This document shows positions 48,097 to 56,663 of a stretch of 64,000 nt of DNA, piece after piece. The stretch comes from Candidatus Omnitrophota bacterium (GTDB taxonomy: Bacteria; Omnitrophota; Gorgyraeia; Gygaellales; Profunditerraquicolaceae): assembly GCA_016208765.1 (NCBI GenBank), contig JACQXK010000001.1, positions 218-64,217 on the forward strand, given 5' to 3'. Each line of letters starts with the position of its first letter. Within the stretch, counting starts at the first letter, position 1. A program made the translations under genes and the position numbers. Under the pieces are notes generated by a model that was given only the letters and a program-made list of their open reading frames with translations, did not search any database and had not been told where the DNA came from.

Positions 48097-48891
48097 ATGA
48101 GTAAAACACAATATTATGATTCAACTATAGAATCACCGCCTGCTACTATGGATCAATATTATGCGGATGTAGGTGAGAGAATAATAGTTAGAGAAATTAG
48201 GAAATATGGTAAAAATCTGAAAGTTTTAGATGTAGGCTGCGGAGAAGGAATGTTGGGTTCTTTTCTTTTGGACGATAATCAAGTTTATGGTGTAGAAATC
48301 TTTGAAGAAAAAGTTAAAAGATGTTGTGAAAAGGGAATTAATGCAAAATTGGTTAGGGATAATGATCCAATACCATATATGGATTCTTGTTTTGATGTAG
48401 TTACTTGTTGTCAAGTTTTGGAACATCTGTTGAATCCATTTTACATGGTTGAAGAAATGCATAGAGTTTTAAAAAATGATGGTTTGCTGGTAGTTACAGT
48501 TCCTAATATATATGATTTAATAACAAGAGTTAGGTTTCCTTTTGGGATTTGGACGAAAATCCAATTTGGCGCAAATCTTGGACACATAAGATTCTATTCT
48601 AAGAAAACATTAATAAAATTGATCAAAGAAGAAGGATTTGTAATACAGAAATGTATATCATATGGTTTTATAGTTTACTTGCAAAAACCTGTAGCTTTAT
48701 TAGCTTATGGTTTAGCATTTGTTGTGAATCCGTTATGGTTTGTAAAAAATAGAGGGGGATTAAAGCTTAGGAAACAACAGATTTATCAGAATATTAACAT
48801 TTTTCTAACTAAAATCTTGGGTTTTACATCTTTTGGTGCTGATTTAATGATAATAGCAAAAAAGCAAACAAAATTCTCCATTTCTGTCTAA
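48097..48891 (+). CDS. class I SAM-dependent methyltransferase with C-terminal hydrophobic segment
   Basis: Motif I VLDVGCGEGMLG, acidic loop after beta2 (VYGVEI), motif II region DVVTCCQVLEHL; GGAGG RBS upstream. Confidence 0.7.
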   Translation: MSKTQYYDSTIESPPATMDQYYADVGERIIVREIRKYGKNLKVLDVGCGEGMLGSFLLDDNQVYGVEIFEEKVKRCCEKGINAKLVRDNDPIPYMDSCFDVVTCCQVLEHLLNPFYMVEEMHRVLKNDGLLVVTVPNIYDLITRVRFPFGIWTKIQFGANLGHIRFYSKKTLIKLIKEEGFVIQKCISYGFIVYLQKPVALLAYGLAFVVNPLWFVKNRGGLKLRKQQIYQNINIFLTKILGFTSFGADLMIIAKKQTKFSISV

Positions 48892-49036
48892 AATTTGCTT
48901 AACTTACATTACTATAAGAAGTTAGATAAATCTGTTTGTTAGGTACGAACGTAAAATTAAGGGTTCTATTTTTCTGGATGGGAATTACGGGCGGAAATTC
49001 CTGGGACACAACACTTAACTTTAAGAAGCAACTTCC

Positions 49037-49100
49037 ACCACCTACATCGGCTCCCTCTACGAAGTCAACTCTGACGGCACCACTACTAAACACATCTTCA
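49037..49100 (+). other. orphan RHS gene fragment (recombination scar) homologous to 46005-46070 of the main RHS gene
   Basis: CCACCTACATCGGCTCCCTCTACGAA is 26/26 identical to 46006-46031, followed by about 85% identity for ~40 nt. It encodes TTYIGSLYEVNSDGTTTKHIF, preceded by an in-frame TAA, then diverges (RNQDAFHNHL, stop). Confidence 0.6.
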
Positions 49101-49255
49101 GAAACCAAGACGCTTTCCATAACCATTTGTAACTTAATTACTCCCACAACAAATCCTTTGGTCGGAATTAGATAAGGATTAAAATTAATTTGACAACAAG
49201 TAATTTATAGGTTATAGTTTATATGTGATATAGATTATAACTTATATTAAATGAC

Positions 49256-49969
49256 ATGGATAAAAAATTACGAAAGATTCAATTAGAAGTTTTAAGGTTA
49301 TTCTCAAATAAGGCAAAGAAGTTTGCTCTTTCTGGGGGTACTGCGCTTGAGCTATGTTATTTGCACCATCGTTTTTCCTCTGATTTGGATTTCTTCTCTC
49401 CGAAATATGACATTAAGGAAATTGAAAACCTGATTGCTTTTTTTGAAGAGAAGCTTAAAACAAAAATTAAACTTGAAGCAGATTTTGCCATTGCTGAAAA
49501 AGCCAGGGTGAGGTTTTACACCGTGTAATTAAAAGGACAGAAGAGGCCGCTGAAGCCTGATTTTGGTGAAGATGTTTTAATAAAAAGCCCTGAAATAAAG
49601 AAAACCGGAGGCATAAGGGCTTATTGCGCTAAGAATATTTATTTTCAGAAGATTGTTGCAATAACAGGAACGCAATTTGAATTTGACCGGATAGGAAGGC
49701 GGGTTTTGCAAGGTAGGCAGGCGGCCAGAGATGTCTATGATATTTATATGCTTTCAAAGAAAATAATGCCTTTGCATTTATTCCTAATAACAATTCCTGA
49801 ACAGTTTCGGCGCGGGATGGTGCATTGGTATAGATCGTTTTCTCGTAATGAACTGAAGTTAGAGTTGCTTGATCTTGACATTTCCGACAAGAATTTTGAT
49901 TCGCAGGAAATGATCCAATATTTGGAAGATGAAATAAAATTGTTTGTGAAAGAAGGAATCAAGAAATGA
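49256..49969 (+). pseudogene. AbiEii/DUF1814-family nucleotidyltransferase gene interrupted by an in-frame TAA (49526-49528)
   Basis: Track ORFs 49256-49528 and 49706-49969 are in the same frame, and the frame between them is open except for the single TAA. N-terminal …ALSGGTALELCYLHHRFSSDLDFFSP… is the NTase motif of this family. C-terminal …GRQAARDVYDIYML… continues the family. Confidence 0.6.
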
Positions 49970-50472
49970 AGATTGAAAAGTATTTTTGGAATCTTAATGA
50001 AACTGCATTAAATGAAACCATGAAAATCATTAAAAAACCATCACATCCTAAATTCGCCTCGGTTATGGTTAATTTTCTTTCAAGGTGCGATAAGCCCAAA
50101 GAGCTATTTTCTGTCCTTTCTAGACGAGAATTTGTTGAAAATTGGCCCCAGATTAGGAGATATTGGGTTAAAGTAGAACTGCAATCCGAGTTTAGAGATT
50201 GGTGGGAAACTATTTTTGAACAGTTGATGGAAGAACGAATGCAAAAACAAGTTAGGCCAAAAGGTACGGCCCCGATTTTCTTAAAGGCAATCGGAGTTCA
50301 AATTAGGAAGGCAAGGCTCGGTAAAAGACTGAGCCAAAAAGATTTGTCTCTTATTATCGGAATAAAACAACCTGAAATATCTAAAATAGAAGACGGAAAG
50401 AAGAATATTACGATTGTTACCTTGGCTAAATTTTGCAAGGTATTGAATATTAGTAAAATAAGCATAGAATAA
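49966..50472 (+). CDS. HTH-XRE (Cro/C1-type) DNA-binding protein with ~100-aa N-terminal unknown domain, coupled to the NTase pseudogene
   Basis: C-terminal IRKARLGKRLSQKDLSLIIGIKQPEISKIEDGKKNITIVTLAKFCKVLNI is a classical XRE helix-turn-helix; ATGA overlap with the upstream ORF. Confidence 0.6.
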   Translation: MKIEKYFWNLNETALNETMKIIKKPSHPKFASVMVNFLSRCDKPKELFSVLSRREFVENWPQIRRYWVKVELQSEFRDWWETIFEQLMEERMQKQVRPKGTAPIFLKAIGVQIRKARLGKRLSQKDLSLIIGIKQPEISKIEDGKKNITIVTLAKFCKVLNISKISIE

Positions 50473-50492
50473 AAGAGGTTTTTGTTAATTAA

Positions 50493-51838
50493 ATGGAAAA
50501 ATACGATTACGACGCGATAATTATTGGAGCAGGGATTGGCGGGTTGGTCTGCGGCTGCTATCTGGCTAAGGCCGGCCTTAAGACGCTGATTGTGGAAAAG
50601 AACGCCCAGCCCGGCGGCTACTGTACTTCTTTCACCCGAAATGGATTCAGGTTTGATGCTTGTGCGCATTCGCTGGGGAGCTTGCGGGATGGTGGAATTC
50701 TAAAGGTGATATTGAAGGAATTAGATTTAGAGAATAGAATAGAATTTAAAAGAAGTAATCCTCAGGATACTATCATTACTATTGATGGTAAAATATCTTT
50801 TTGGAATGATTTAGGTAAAACAAAGCAAGAATTTTCTAGTAAATTTACTGATGAAAGAGCTAACATAGATAAGTTCTTTGATTTTATTGTTAATTGTGAT
50901 GCCGTGTCGTTTAATTCACTCAAGAAATCAACATTCTTAGATGTGTTAAACAAATACTTTAATAATGAGAAATTAAAATCAGTTTTATCATTGCCTGTTC
51001 TTGGGAATGCCGGATTGTCTGCTTCTAAAGCTTCAGCTTTTACAGCCATCGCTTTATTCAAAGAGTTTATGTTTGATGGAGGATATTATCCGGGAAGTAG
51101 CATGCAACAGCGTTTGTTAATAAAATAAAATTAAAAGATGACCGTGTTGATGGAGTAGAAATAAATGGCAGATATTTTAAATCTGGAAAGTATATAGTTT
51201 CTGATGTTGATGCAACTCAAACTTTCTTGGATTTGGTAGGTGAGAGGGTAATAGGAAAAGATAGTAAACAGAAATTAGCTTTATTAAAACCAGCTCATTC
51301 TATTCTTGTTTTATATCTTGGTACAGATGGAAAATTAAGCAACATGCCTATTGGTACCAACGTTTGGGCTATGCCTAATTATGATATTGAGAAGATGTAT
51401 TGTCTTGTAGATGATGGTGTAGTTGATGATTTAGATTGTTATTTATTGAGGTTAATGCCTGATAAGAAGAGTATGGTCATGCTTGTTAATGCTCCTTTTA
51501 AAGATAGTGATTTTTGGAGAGAAAACAAACAAAGGCTGATTGATAATTTTATAGAAAAGATTAAATTTGTAATTCCAGATATAAGAGAACGAATTGTATT
51601 TAAAGATGCAGCTACTCCTGCAACACTTTATAGATGGACATTAAACTATCATGGTTCTGCTTATGGTTGGGAAGGCGCTCCATCTCAGTTTCTGGTTAAC
51701 AGTTTTTCTCAGAATACTTTTATTGAAGGTTTGTATTTAACTGGTCATTGGGCAACTTTGGTGCAGGGAATTTCAGGAGTTACAAGATTGGGGAGAGATA
51801 CAGCTAGAATTATTATAAATAAAAGTAGAAGAAAATGA
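50493..51838 (+). pseudogene. CrtI/phytoene-desaturase-family FAD-dependent oxidoreductase split by a frameshift near 51105-51125
   Basis: N-terminal Rossmann YDAIIIGAGIGGLVCGCYLAKAG…EKNAQPGGYCTSF. The +1 frame continues without a stop (…FVNKIKLKDDRVDGVEINGRYFKSGKYIVSDVDATQTF…) into track ORF 51227-51838 (…GSAYGWEGAPSQF…). The shift lies in an A-rich run. Confidence 0.6.
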
Positions 51839-53928
51839 ATTTATTTGCAATAGCGGGTCTTTCTTGCGCGTTTTTTTGTTTAATACTATCTTTTATAGCT
51901 TTGATATTTGGAAAGGCTAAGATTCATAGGATCTTAGCCTTTTTTAATATTGCTGTTGCTGTGTGGGGGTTTGGTTTGTTTATGGTAGGAATTGCTTTTA
52001 ATGAAAAGCAAGCTATATTTGGTTGGAAATATGCACACATAGGGGGCATGTTTGTTTCAGTTCTTTTCTTTCACCTTGTTTGTTCATTTTGTGAAATAAA
52101 CAGGAGGTCATTATTACTATTTGGGTATTTTCAGGCTTTCGTCTTTAACTGGATTAGTTGGTTCCCCGATAAGTTAATAACTAATACTCGTTATGCGTAT
52201 GGGCTTTATTATAATGACACTACCTTCTTCTTTTTATTAGCAGCTTTATCGTATGTAATCTTAGTAATTGCTAGTTTTATTGAATTATTTAACTTTCTAA
52301 AGAAAGCTATTGGAAATAAGCGTTTGCAGGCAAAATATTTGATATTTAGTTTCTTTGTTGGGTTTTTAGGAGGTACGTCGACTTTCTTGCCTGAATTTAG
52401 AATAGATCTTTTTTATCCAGCAGGAGCTTTTGGTGTCGCTCTTTATGCTATAACTGGAACATATGTTATCCTTCGATATCGTCTTTTAGACTTGAATGTT
52501 GCCTTTACCCGGGCTGGCATATTTGGCGTTGTTTATGCTTTAGTTTTGGGAGTGCCTTTCTGGCTTGGCTATAAATACAACCAATGGCAATATTCTACGT
52601 GGATCATGCTAATCTTGGCTACGTCTGGGCCGTTTATTTACAGTTATTTGCGACGGCATGCAGAAGACATCATCCTTAAAGATCAACGCCGCTATCAGCA
52701 GGCGTTGCGCGAGCTTGCTGAAACCATGACTCACATCCGCTCTTTAGACGCATTGATCCAGATTATTACCACAACCATGGTTAACGCGGTTAAAGTGAAT
52801 TTTGCCGCGATGTATGTTAAGGAAGAAGAGAGCAATTCTTATGTTTTAAAAAGCTGTAATCCTCAGGATGTGCAGGATAAGTTTCCTGAAAATTTAGCCG
52901 TTGATTCAGCGTTTGTAAAATTTATTTCTGCCGAACAAAGGCTTGTAACCTGTGATGAAATTAAACATAAGCCGGATATTCTTTTGGAATGCGGTTTATT
53001 TATTCCGTGTTTTATGGAAAATGACCTTTTGGCATTTATCGCCTTGGGGACAAAACCAAACAGCCAGATGTTTACTACCGACGACATTCTTGTTTTTGAA
53101 ACCGTGTCTTACTCAGCAAGCCTTGCCATTGAGAACTGCCGTTTTTGGAGAGAGATTGAAGATAAACAAAGAAAGGCCCGCCTGCAAGAGATGGATACTT
53201 ATTCTTATTCTCTGGCGCATGAAATTGATAATCCCGTGCACATTATCCTTAATGAAACCACTTTAATTAAAGATTATCTTTTAAAGAATATCACAAATCC
53301 TCAGGAATACAAAGAAGCTGAAAGCGCGTGCGGTTTTACTATTGAGGCTGCCCGCAGAGTGGCTGGGATGGTTAAGGCTATCCGCGATTTTGGTTCGCCG
53401 GTAACCGGAAAGGCGCTGGCTTTAAAAATTGATGATGTTGTGGAGAGTTTTTTCAAGCTTTATTACCCTCAGTTTAAAGATAAGGCGATTGTTTTTGAGA
53501 AAACTTTTTCCGGGGATTTAGGTTTTATCCGCGGGATAAAGCCGGAATTGATGCAGGTATTGGTTATTTTAGCGAATAATTCTATTCATGCCATGCGAGA
53601 GGCTGAGTTAAAGAAGATCACGCTTAAAGTTGAACCGGTAAATCACGACAGGATCAGGATTATTTTCTCGGATACAGGTTATGGGATCAAGAAAGAAAAC
53701 TTAGAAATTATATTTTTGCCCTTTACTACTACCAAGGCCTCAAGTGAAGGCACAGGTATGGGCCTTTATAATGCAAAGAAAATTATTGAACGCCATAAAG
53801 GAAAAATATCTGCGCAATCTGATGGAAAAGGGCAGGGAGCCTGTTTTGTAATTGAGCTTCCCAAGGCGCTGGATGTTACAGAAGAGGAGTTCATAAGAGA
53901 GGGCCAGAAAGAAAAGAGATTGATTTGA
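51835..53928 (+). CDS. sensor histidine kinase: N-terminal 6-7 TM domain, GAF-like domain, HisKA and HATPase_c
   Basis: Polytopic N-terminus (~270 aa), GAF-like region (…IQIITTTMVNAVKVNFAAMYV…), H-box YSYSLAHEIDNPVH, and N/G1/G2 boxes (…NNSIHAM…DTGYGI…GTGMGLY…). Confidence 0.85.
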   Translation: MNLFAIAGLSCAFFCLILSFIALIFGKAKIHRILAFFNIAVAVWGFGLFMVGIAFNEKQAIFGWKYAHIGGMFVSVLFFHLVCSFCEINRRSLLLFGYFQAFVFNWISWFPDKLITNTRYAYGLYYNDTTFFFLLAALSYVILVIASFIELFNFLKKAIGNKRLQAKYLIFSFFVGFLGGTSTFLPEFRIDLFYPAGAFGVALYAITGTYVILRYRLLDLNVAFTRAGIFGVVYALVLGVPFWLGYKYNQWQYSTWIMLILATSGPFIYSYLRRHAEDIILKDQRRYQQALRELAETMTHIRSLDALIQIITTTMVNAVKVNFAAMYVKEEESNSYVLKSCNPQDVQDKFPENLAVDSAFVKFISAEQRLVTCDEIKHKPDILLECGLFIPCFMENDLLAFIALGTKPNSQMFTTDDILVFETVSYSASLAIENCRFWREIEDKQRKARLQEMDTYSYSLAHEIDNPVHIILNETTLIKDYLLKNITNPQEYKEAESACGFTIEAARRVAGMVKAIRDFGSPVTGKALALKIDDVVESFFKLYYPQFKDKAIVFEKTFSGDLGFIRGIKPELMQVLVILANNSIHAMREAELKKITLKVEPVNHDRIRIIFSDTGYGIKKENLEIIFLPFTTTKASSEGTGMGLYNAKKIIERHKGKISAQSDGKGQGACFVIELPKALDVTEEEFIREGQKEKRLI

Positions 53929-53931
53929 TCC

Positions 53932-53960
53932 TTGACAATCCAAGATTGCAATGTTATACT
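53932..53960 (+). promoter_or_regulatory. consensus sigma70 promoter for the abiEi-abiEii operon
   Basis: TTGACA (53932-53937), 17-nt spacer, TATACT (53955-53960). Confidence 0.55.
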
Positions 53961-53971
53961 TATTTCTGTAA

Positions 53972-53989
53972 GTAATCATTTATGATTAC
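53972..53989. promoter_or_regulatory. perfect palindrome GTAATCAT-tt-ATGATTAC between the -10 element and the abiEi start: candidate autoregulatory operator
   Basis: Read directly. AbiEi-type antitoxins are known to autorepress through inverted repeats in their promoters. Confidence 0.45.
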
Positions 53990-53999
53990 ATAGAGAAAT

Positions 54000-54638
54000 A
54001 TGAACTATACTCAATTTAGGCAAAAGTTTCAGGATGTCCCGCTAATCTTAAGCAAGAGCTTGTCTTTAAGCGGACTCGGGGATAAGCAAATGCAAAATCA
54101 GCTTATCCGTTGGCAGCAAAGGCGCCTCGTGATTAAGCTTAAGCGCGGATTGTATTTATTAAATGAAAGCGACCGTAAAGTTAACCCCAGCCGTTTTTAT
54201 ATCGCCAATCAACTGTATTCTCCTTCTTATGTCAGCCTTGAGTCAGCTTTGAGTTTCTACGAGCTTATCCCAGAGCGTGTTTTTGACATTACAAGTATTG
54301 CCACCAAGAAAACATCACGCTTTAAAAATGAGCTTGGGCTCTTTGTTTATCAACATATCAAGCCTGGTTGTTTTAGGGGATTTAAAGTGATTAAGGAAAA
54401 AGGTTCAGGTGGATTTTTGATTGCAGATCCGGAGAAGGCTTTGGTAGATTTTCTTTACCTGAATAGAAATAAGTTTAAGAGAAATGCAATAGGATTATTT
54501 AGGGATTCTTATCGTTTTCAGAATTTAGAGATTTTAAGCCCAAGAAAAATAAAATTCTTCGCCGGTATTTTTAATAACGATGAACTTGTTAAAGTAGCCG
54601 GAGAATTTTGTGCCTTTTTGCGCCAGGAGAAGGAATAA
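54000..54638 (+). CDS. abiEi: AbiEi-family type IV antitoxin / transcriptional regulator
   Basis: N-terminal AbiEi_4-like wHTH region (…LSKSLSLSGLGDKQMQNQLIRWQQRRLVIKLKRGLYLL…). Its stop overlaps the downstream NTase ATG (TAATG). Confidence 0.7.
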   Translation: MNYTQFRQKFQDVPLILSKSLSLSGLGDKQMQNQLIRWQQRRLVIKLKRGLYLLNESDRKVNPSRFYIANQLYSPSYVSLESALSFYELIPERVFDITSIATKKTSRFKNELGLFVYQHIKPGCFRGFKVIKEKGSGGFLIADPEKALVDFLYLNRNKFKRNAIGLFRDSYRFQNLEILSPRKIKFFAGIFNNDELVKVAGEFCAFLRQEKE

Positions 54639-55441
54639 TGTTGGATATTTTAAAGCAACAGCTTGGTGAAAATTTAGGCCCTGAAGAAAAATTAAACAGG
54701 GCGAGAGAATTTTTGCAGATTATCATCCTGAAGGTTATGTATGACAAGAATATTCTTAATAACCTTGCTTTCGTGGGAGGGACTGCTTTGAGGATACTTT
54801 ATAATTTAAAGCGTTTCTCCGAGGATCTTGATTTTTCGCTCATTAATAAGAAAAAGTATGATTTCAATTCAGTGAGCAGCGAGATAATCAAGGGTTTAAA
54901 ACTTTACGGTTTTGAGGCTGAGCCTGCGGTTAAGGCGGATAAAACCGTGCAATCTTCCATGCTAAAGTTCTCCGGCTTGTTAAAAGAGCTGGGAATATCT
55001 GCCCTTGGAAAACAAAAACTCGCTATTAAGATTGAAGTTGACGCAAACCCTCCGGCAGGGTGGCATATTCAGAATACCGTGGTAAACAAATCGTATATGT
55101 TTAATGTCGTACATTTTGATCTTTCTTCTTTGTATGCTACGAAATTGCATGCCTGTTTTTACAGAAAATTTACCAAAGGAAGAGATTTTTATGATTTTAT
55201 CTGGTATTTATCAAATAAGATAAAGCCGAATTTTACTTTTTTAAATAACGCAATTATACAAACAAGCGGTCATTTTTCAAAAATAAACGAACAAAATTTC
55301 AAAGCATTTTTGCTTGATAAAATCAGCGGAGTAGATTTTAATGCTGCAAGAAGAGATGTAGGGCGTTTTCTGGAAGATAAAGAAGAGCTAAAGCTGATTG
55401 ATTTAAAAATAATCCGTCAGGCCATAGAATCAGCGATATAA
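54638..55441 (+). CDS. abiEii: AbiEii-family nucleotidyltransferase toxin (DUF1814)
   Basis: Start set to ATG 54638 (MLDILKQQ…), coupled to the abiEi stop and preceded by AGGAGAAGGA. NTase motif AFVGGTALRILYNLKRFSEDLDFSL. Confidence 0.8.
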   Translation: MLDILKQQLGENLGPEEKLNRAREFLQIIILKVMYDKNILNNLAFVGGTALRILYNLKRFSEDLDFSLINKKKYDFNSVSSEIIKGLKLYGFEAEPAVKADKTVQSSMLKFSGLLKELGISALGKQKLAIKIEVDANPPAGWHIQNTVVNKSYMFNVVHFDLSSLYATKLHACFYRKFTKGRDFYDFIWYLSNKIKPNFTFLNNAIIQTSGHFSKINEQNFKAFLLDKISGVDFNAARRDVGRFLEDKEELKLIDLKIIRQAIESAI

Positions 55442-55459
55442 TTAATCGGAGGTAACAAG

Positions 55460-55852
55460 ATGAGCGATACAGCTTTAAAATTACTGGTGGTTGATGATGA
55501 GGAAGGTATAGTTGATTTTACTACAAGGATATATACCCGCAAGGGTTTTATTACCTTTGGGGCTACCGACGGGATAAAGGCGGTGGAGATATTTGAGAAA
55601 GAAAGACCCGATATCAGCCTAATTGACGTGCATATGCCTTATTCGCCGATTGACGGGATTGAGACTTTGAAGCGGATCAAAAATATTGATAAGAATGCGA
55701 TTTGTATTATGGTTACTCGTATTACCGAGCAGGATACAGTAGATGTTGCGCGCGGGTTTGGCGCAGATGCCTATGTGCTTAAGCCTCTTGAAATGGAAGA
55801 CTTGGACAAAGTAATTTCAGATGTAATTAAAAAGGTCCAGGAGGCTAAATAA
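55460..55852 (+). CDS. single-domain response regulator (CheY-like receiver)
   Basis: LLVVDDEE acidic pocket, phospho-acceptor in SLIDVHMP, conserved T/K (…MVTRI…YVLKP). Confidence 0.8.
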   Translation: MSDTALKLLVVDDEEGIVDFTTRIYTRKGFITFGATDGIKAVEIFEKERPDISLIDVHMPYSPIDGIETLKRIKNIDKNAICIMVTRITEQDTVDVARGFGADAYVLKPLEMEDLDKVISDVIKKVQEAK

Positions 55853-56644
55853 ATGGCCAATCCGCTTCCTGATGAAAAAGAGCTATATAAAAGAATTTAC
55901 AGAGAACGTATTTCTATGGATCCGCAGGTGTGGGATCTTTTGTACAATCGGGTTGGCGATGATATTACTACAATCAATCTTTTGTGCCAATTGCATCTGT
56001 GTGATTGTCAGCCGATCCCTGTGCAGGAGGCAAGAAAAATCCTTACTTACACCCGCCATATTAAAGAGCTGCTTTCTCGCATTACAAATATTTATGACGA
56101 TAATAAGAAAGTTTTTCCTGTGTTTGTCGGAACAGTTCCGCTGCATCCGGTTTTGCGAGAAATGTTTACCCATTATATAGGAAATGATGTTTATATGATC
56201 AATCTGATCGTTGAAGACGCCACTGATCCTATGCAGCCTGAACCGCTTTCTGTTGCCTCTACCCAGAAAATCCTTAATCATACTCGGAGTATCCGCGATT
56301 TTATGGATAAGCTCAGGCAGGCTACAATGCCGGGAGGAGATTATTCCTTTGAAGATGACCAGCAGGAGAAAAAAGAAAAACCAGGACTTGAATTAGAATT
56401 AACTAAAGAAGCTGTGCTTGCGCGTATTCGCAAGCTTTTTGCCCAGGAATTTAAATTTCCAGAAGAGAATATCCAAATGGAAACTCATTTTGCAAATAAT
56501 TTACAGCTTGATTCAGTTGACGCGATACGGGTGGTAATGATTCTTGAGGAAGGCTTTGGTTTTGAAATTCCCGACGATGATTATGAGGGGGTCGTTACGG
56601 TTGGCCAGGCAGTGGATTATGTGTTAAAAAGATTAAAAGGATAG
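55853..56644 (+). CDS. unknown two-module N-terminal domain fused to a C-terminal acyl-carrier-protein-like domain
   Basis: Internal ~45-aa duplication (…ITTINLLCQLHLCDCQPIPVQEARKILTYTRHIKELLSRI… and …VYMINLIVEDATDPMQPEPLSVASTQKILNHTRSIRDFMDKL…). C-terminal …FANNLQLDSVDAIRVVMILEEGFGFEIPDDDYEGVVTVGQAVDYV… is a canonical ACP four-helix signature with Ser in DSV. The ATG abuts the response-regulator stop. Confidence 0.6.
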   Translation: MANPLPDEKELYKRIYRERISMDPQVWDLLYNRVGDDITTINLLCQLHLCDCQPIPVQEARKILTYTRHIKELLSRITNIYDDNKKVFPVFVGTVPLHPVLREMFTHYIGNDVYMINLIVEDATDPMQPEPLSVASTQKILNHTRSIRDFMDKLRQATMPGGDYSFEDDQQEKKEKPGLELELTKEAVLARIRKLFAQEFKFPEENIQMETHFANNLQLDSVDAIRVVMILEEGFGFEIPDDDYEGVVTVGQAVDYVLKRLKG

Positions 56645-56663
56645 ATAAAAAGGACTAATAAAA

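Noticed and set aside
49526-49528. Possibility that the in-frame TAA in the NTase gene reflects stop-codon reassignment
   Set aside because: Dozens of genes in this window, including lysS, clpC and radA, terminate cleanly at TAA at positions that match homologues. A genome-wide recoding is therefore excluded; a nonsense mutation or local readthrough is more plausible.
55872-56281. Overlapping + and - ORFs (102 aa and 132 aa) within 55853-56644
   Set aside because: The frame starting at 55853 has a clean ACP domain and is coupled to the upstream stop. The alternatives lack motifs.
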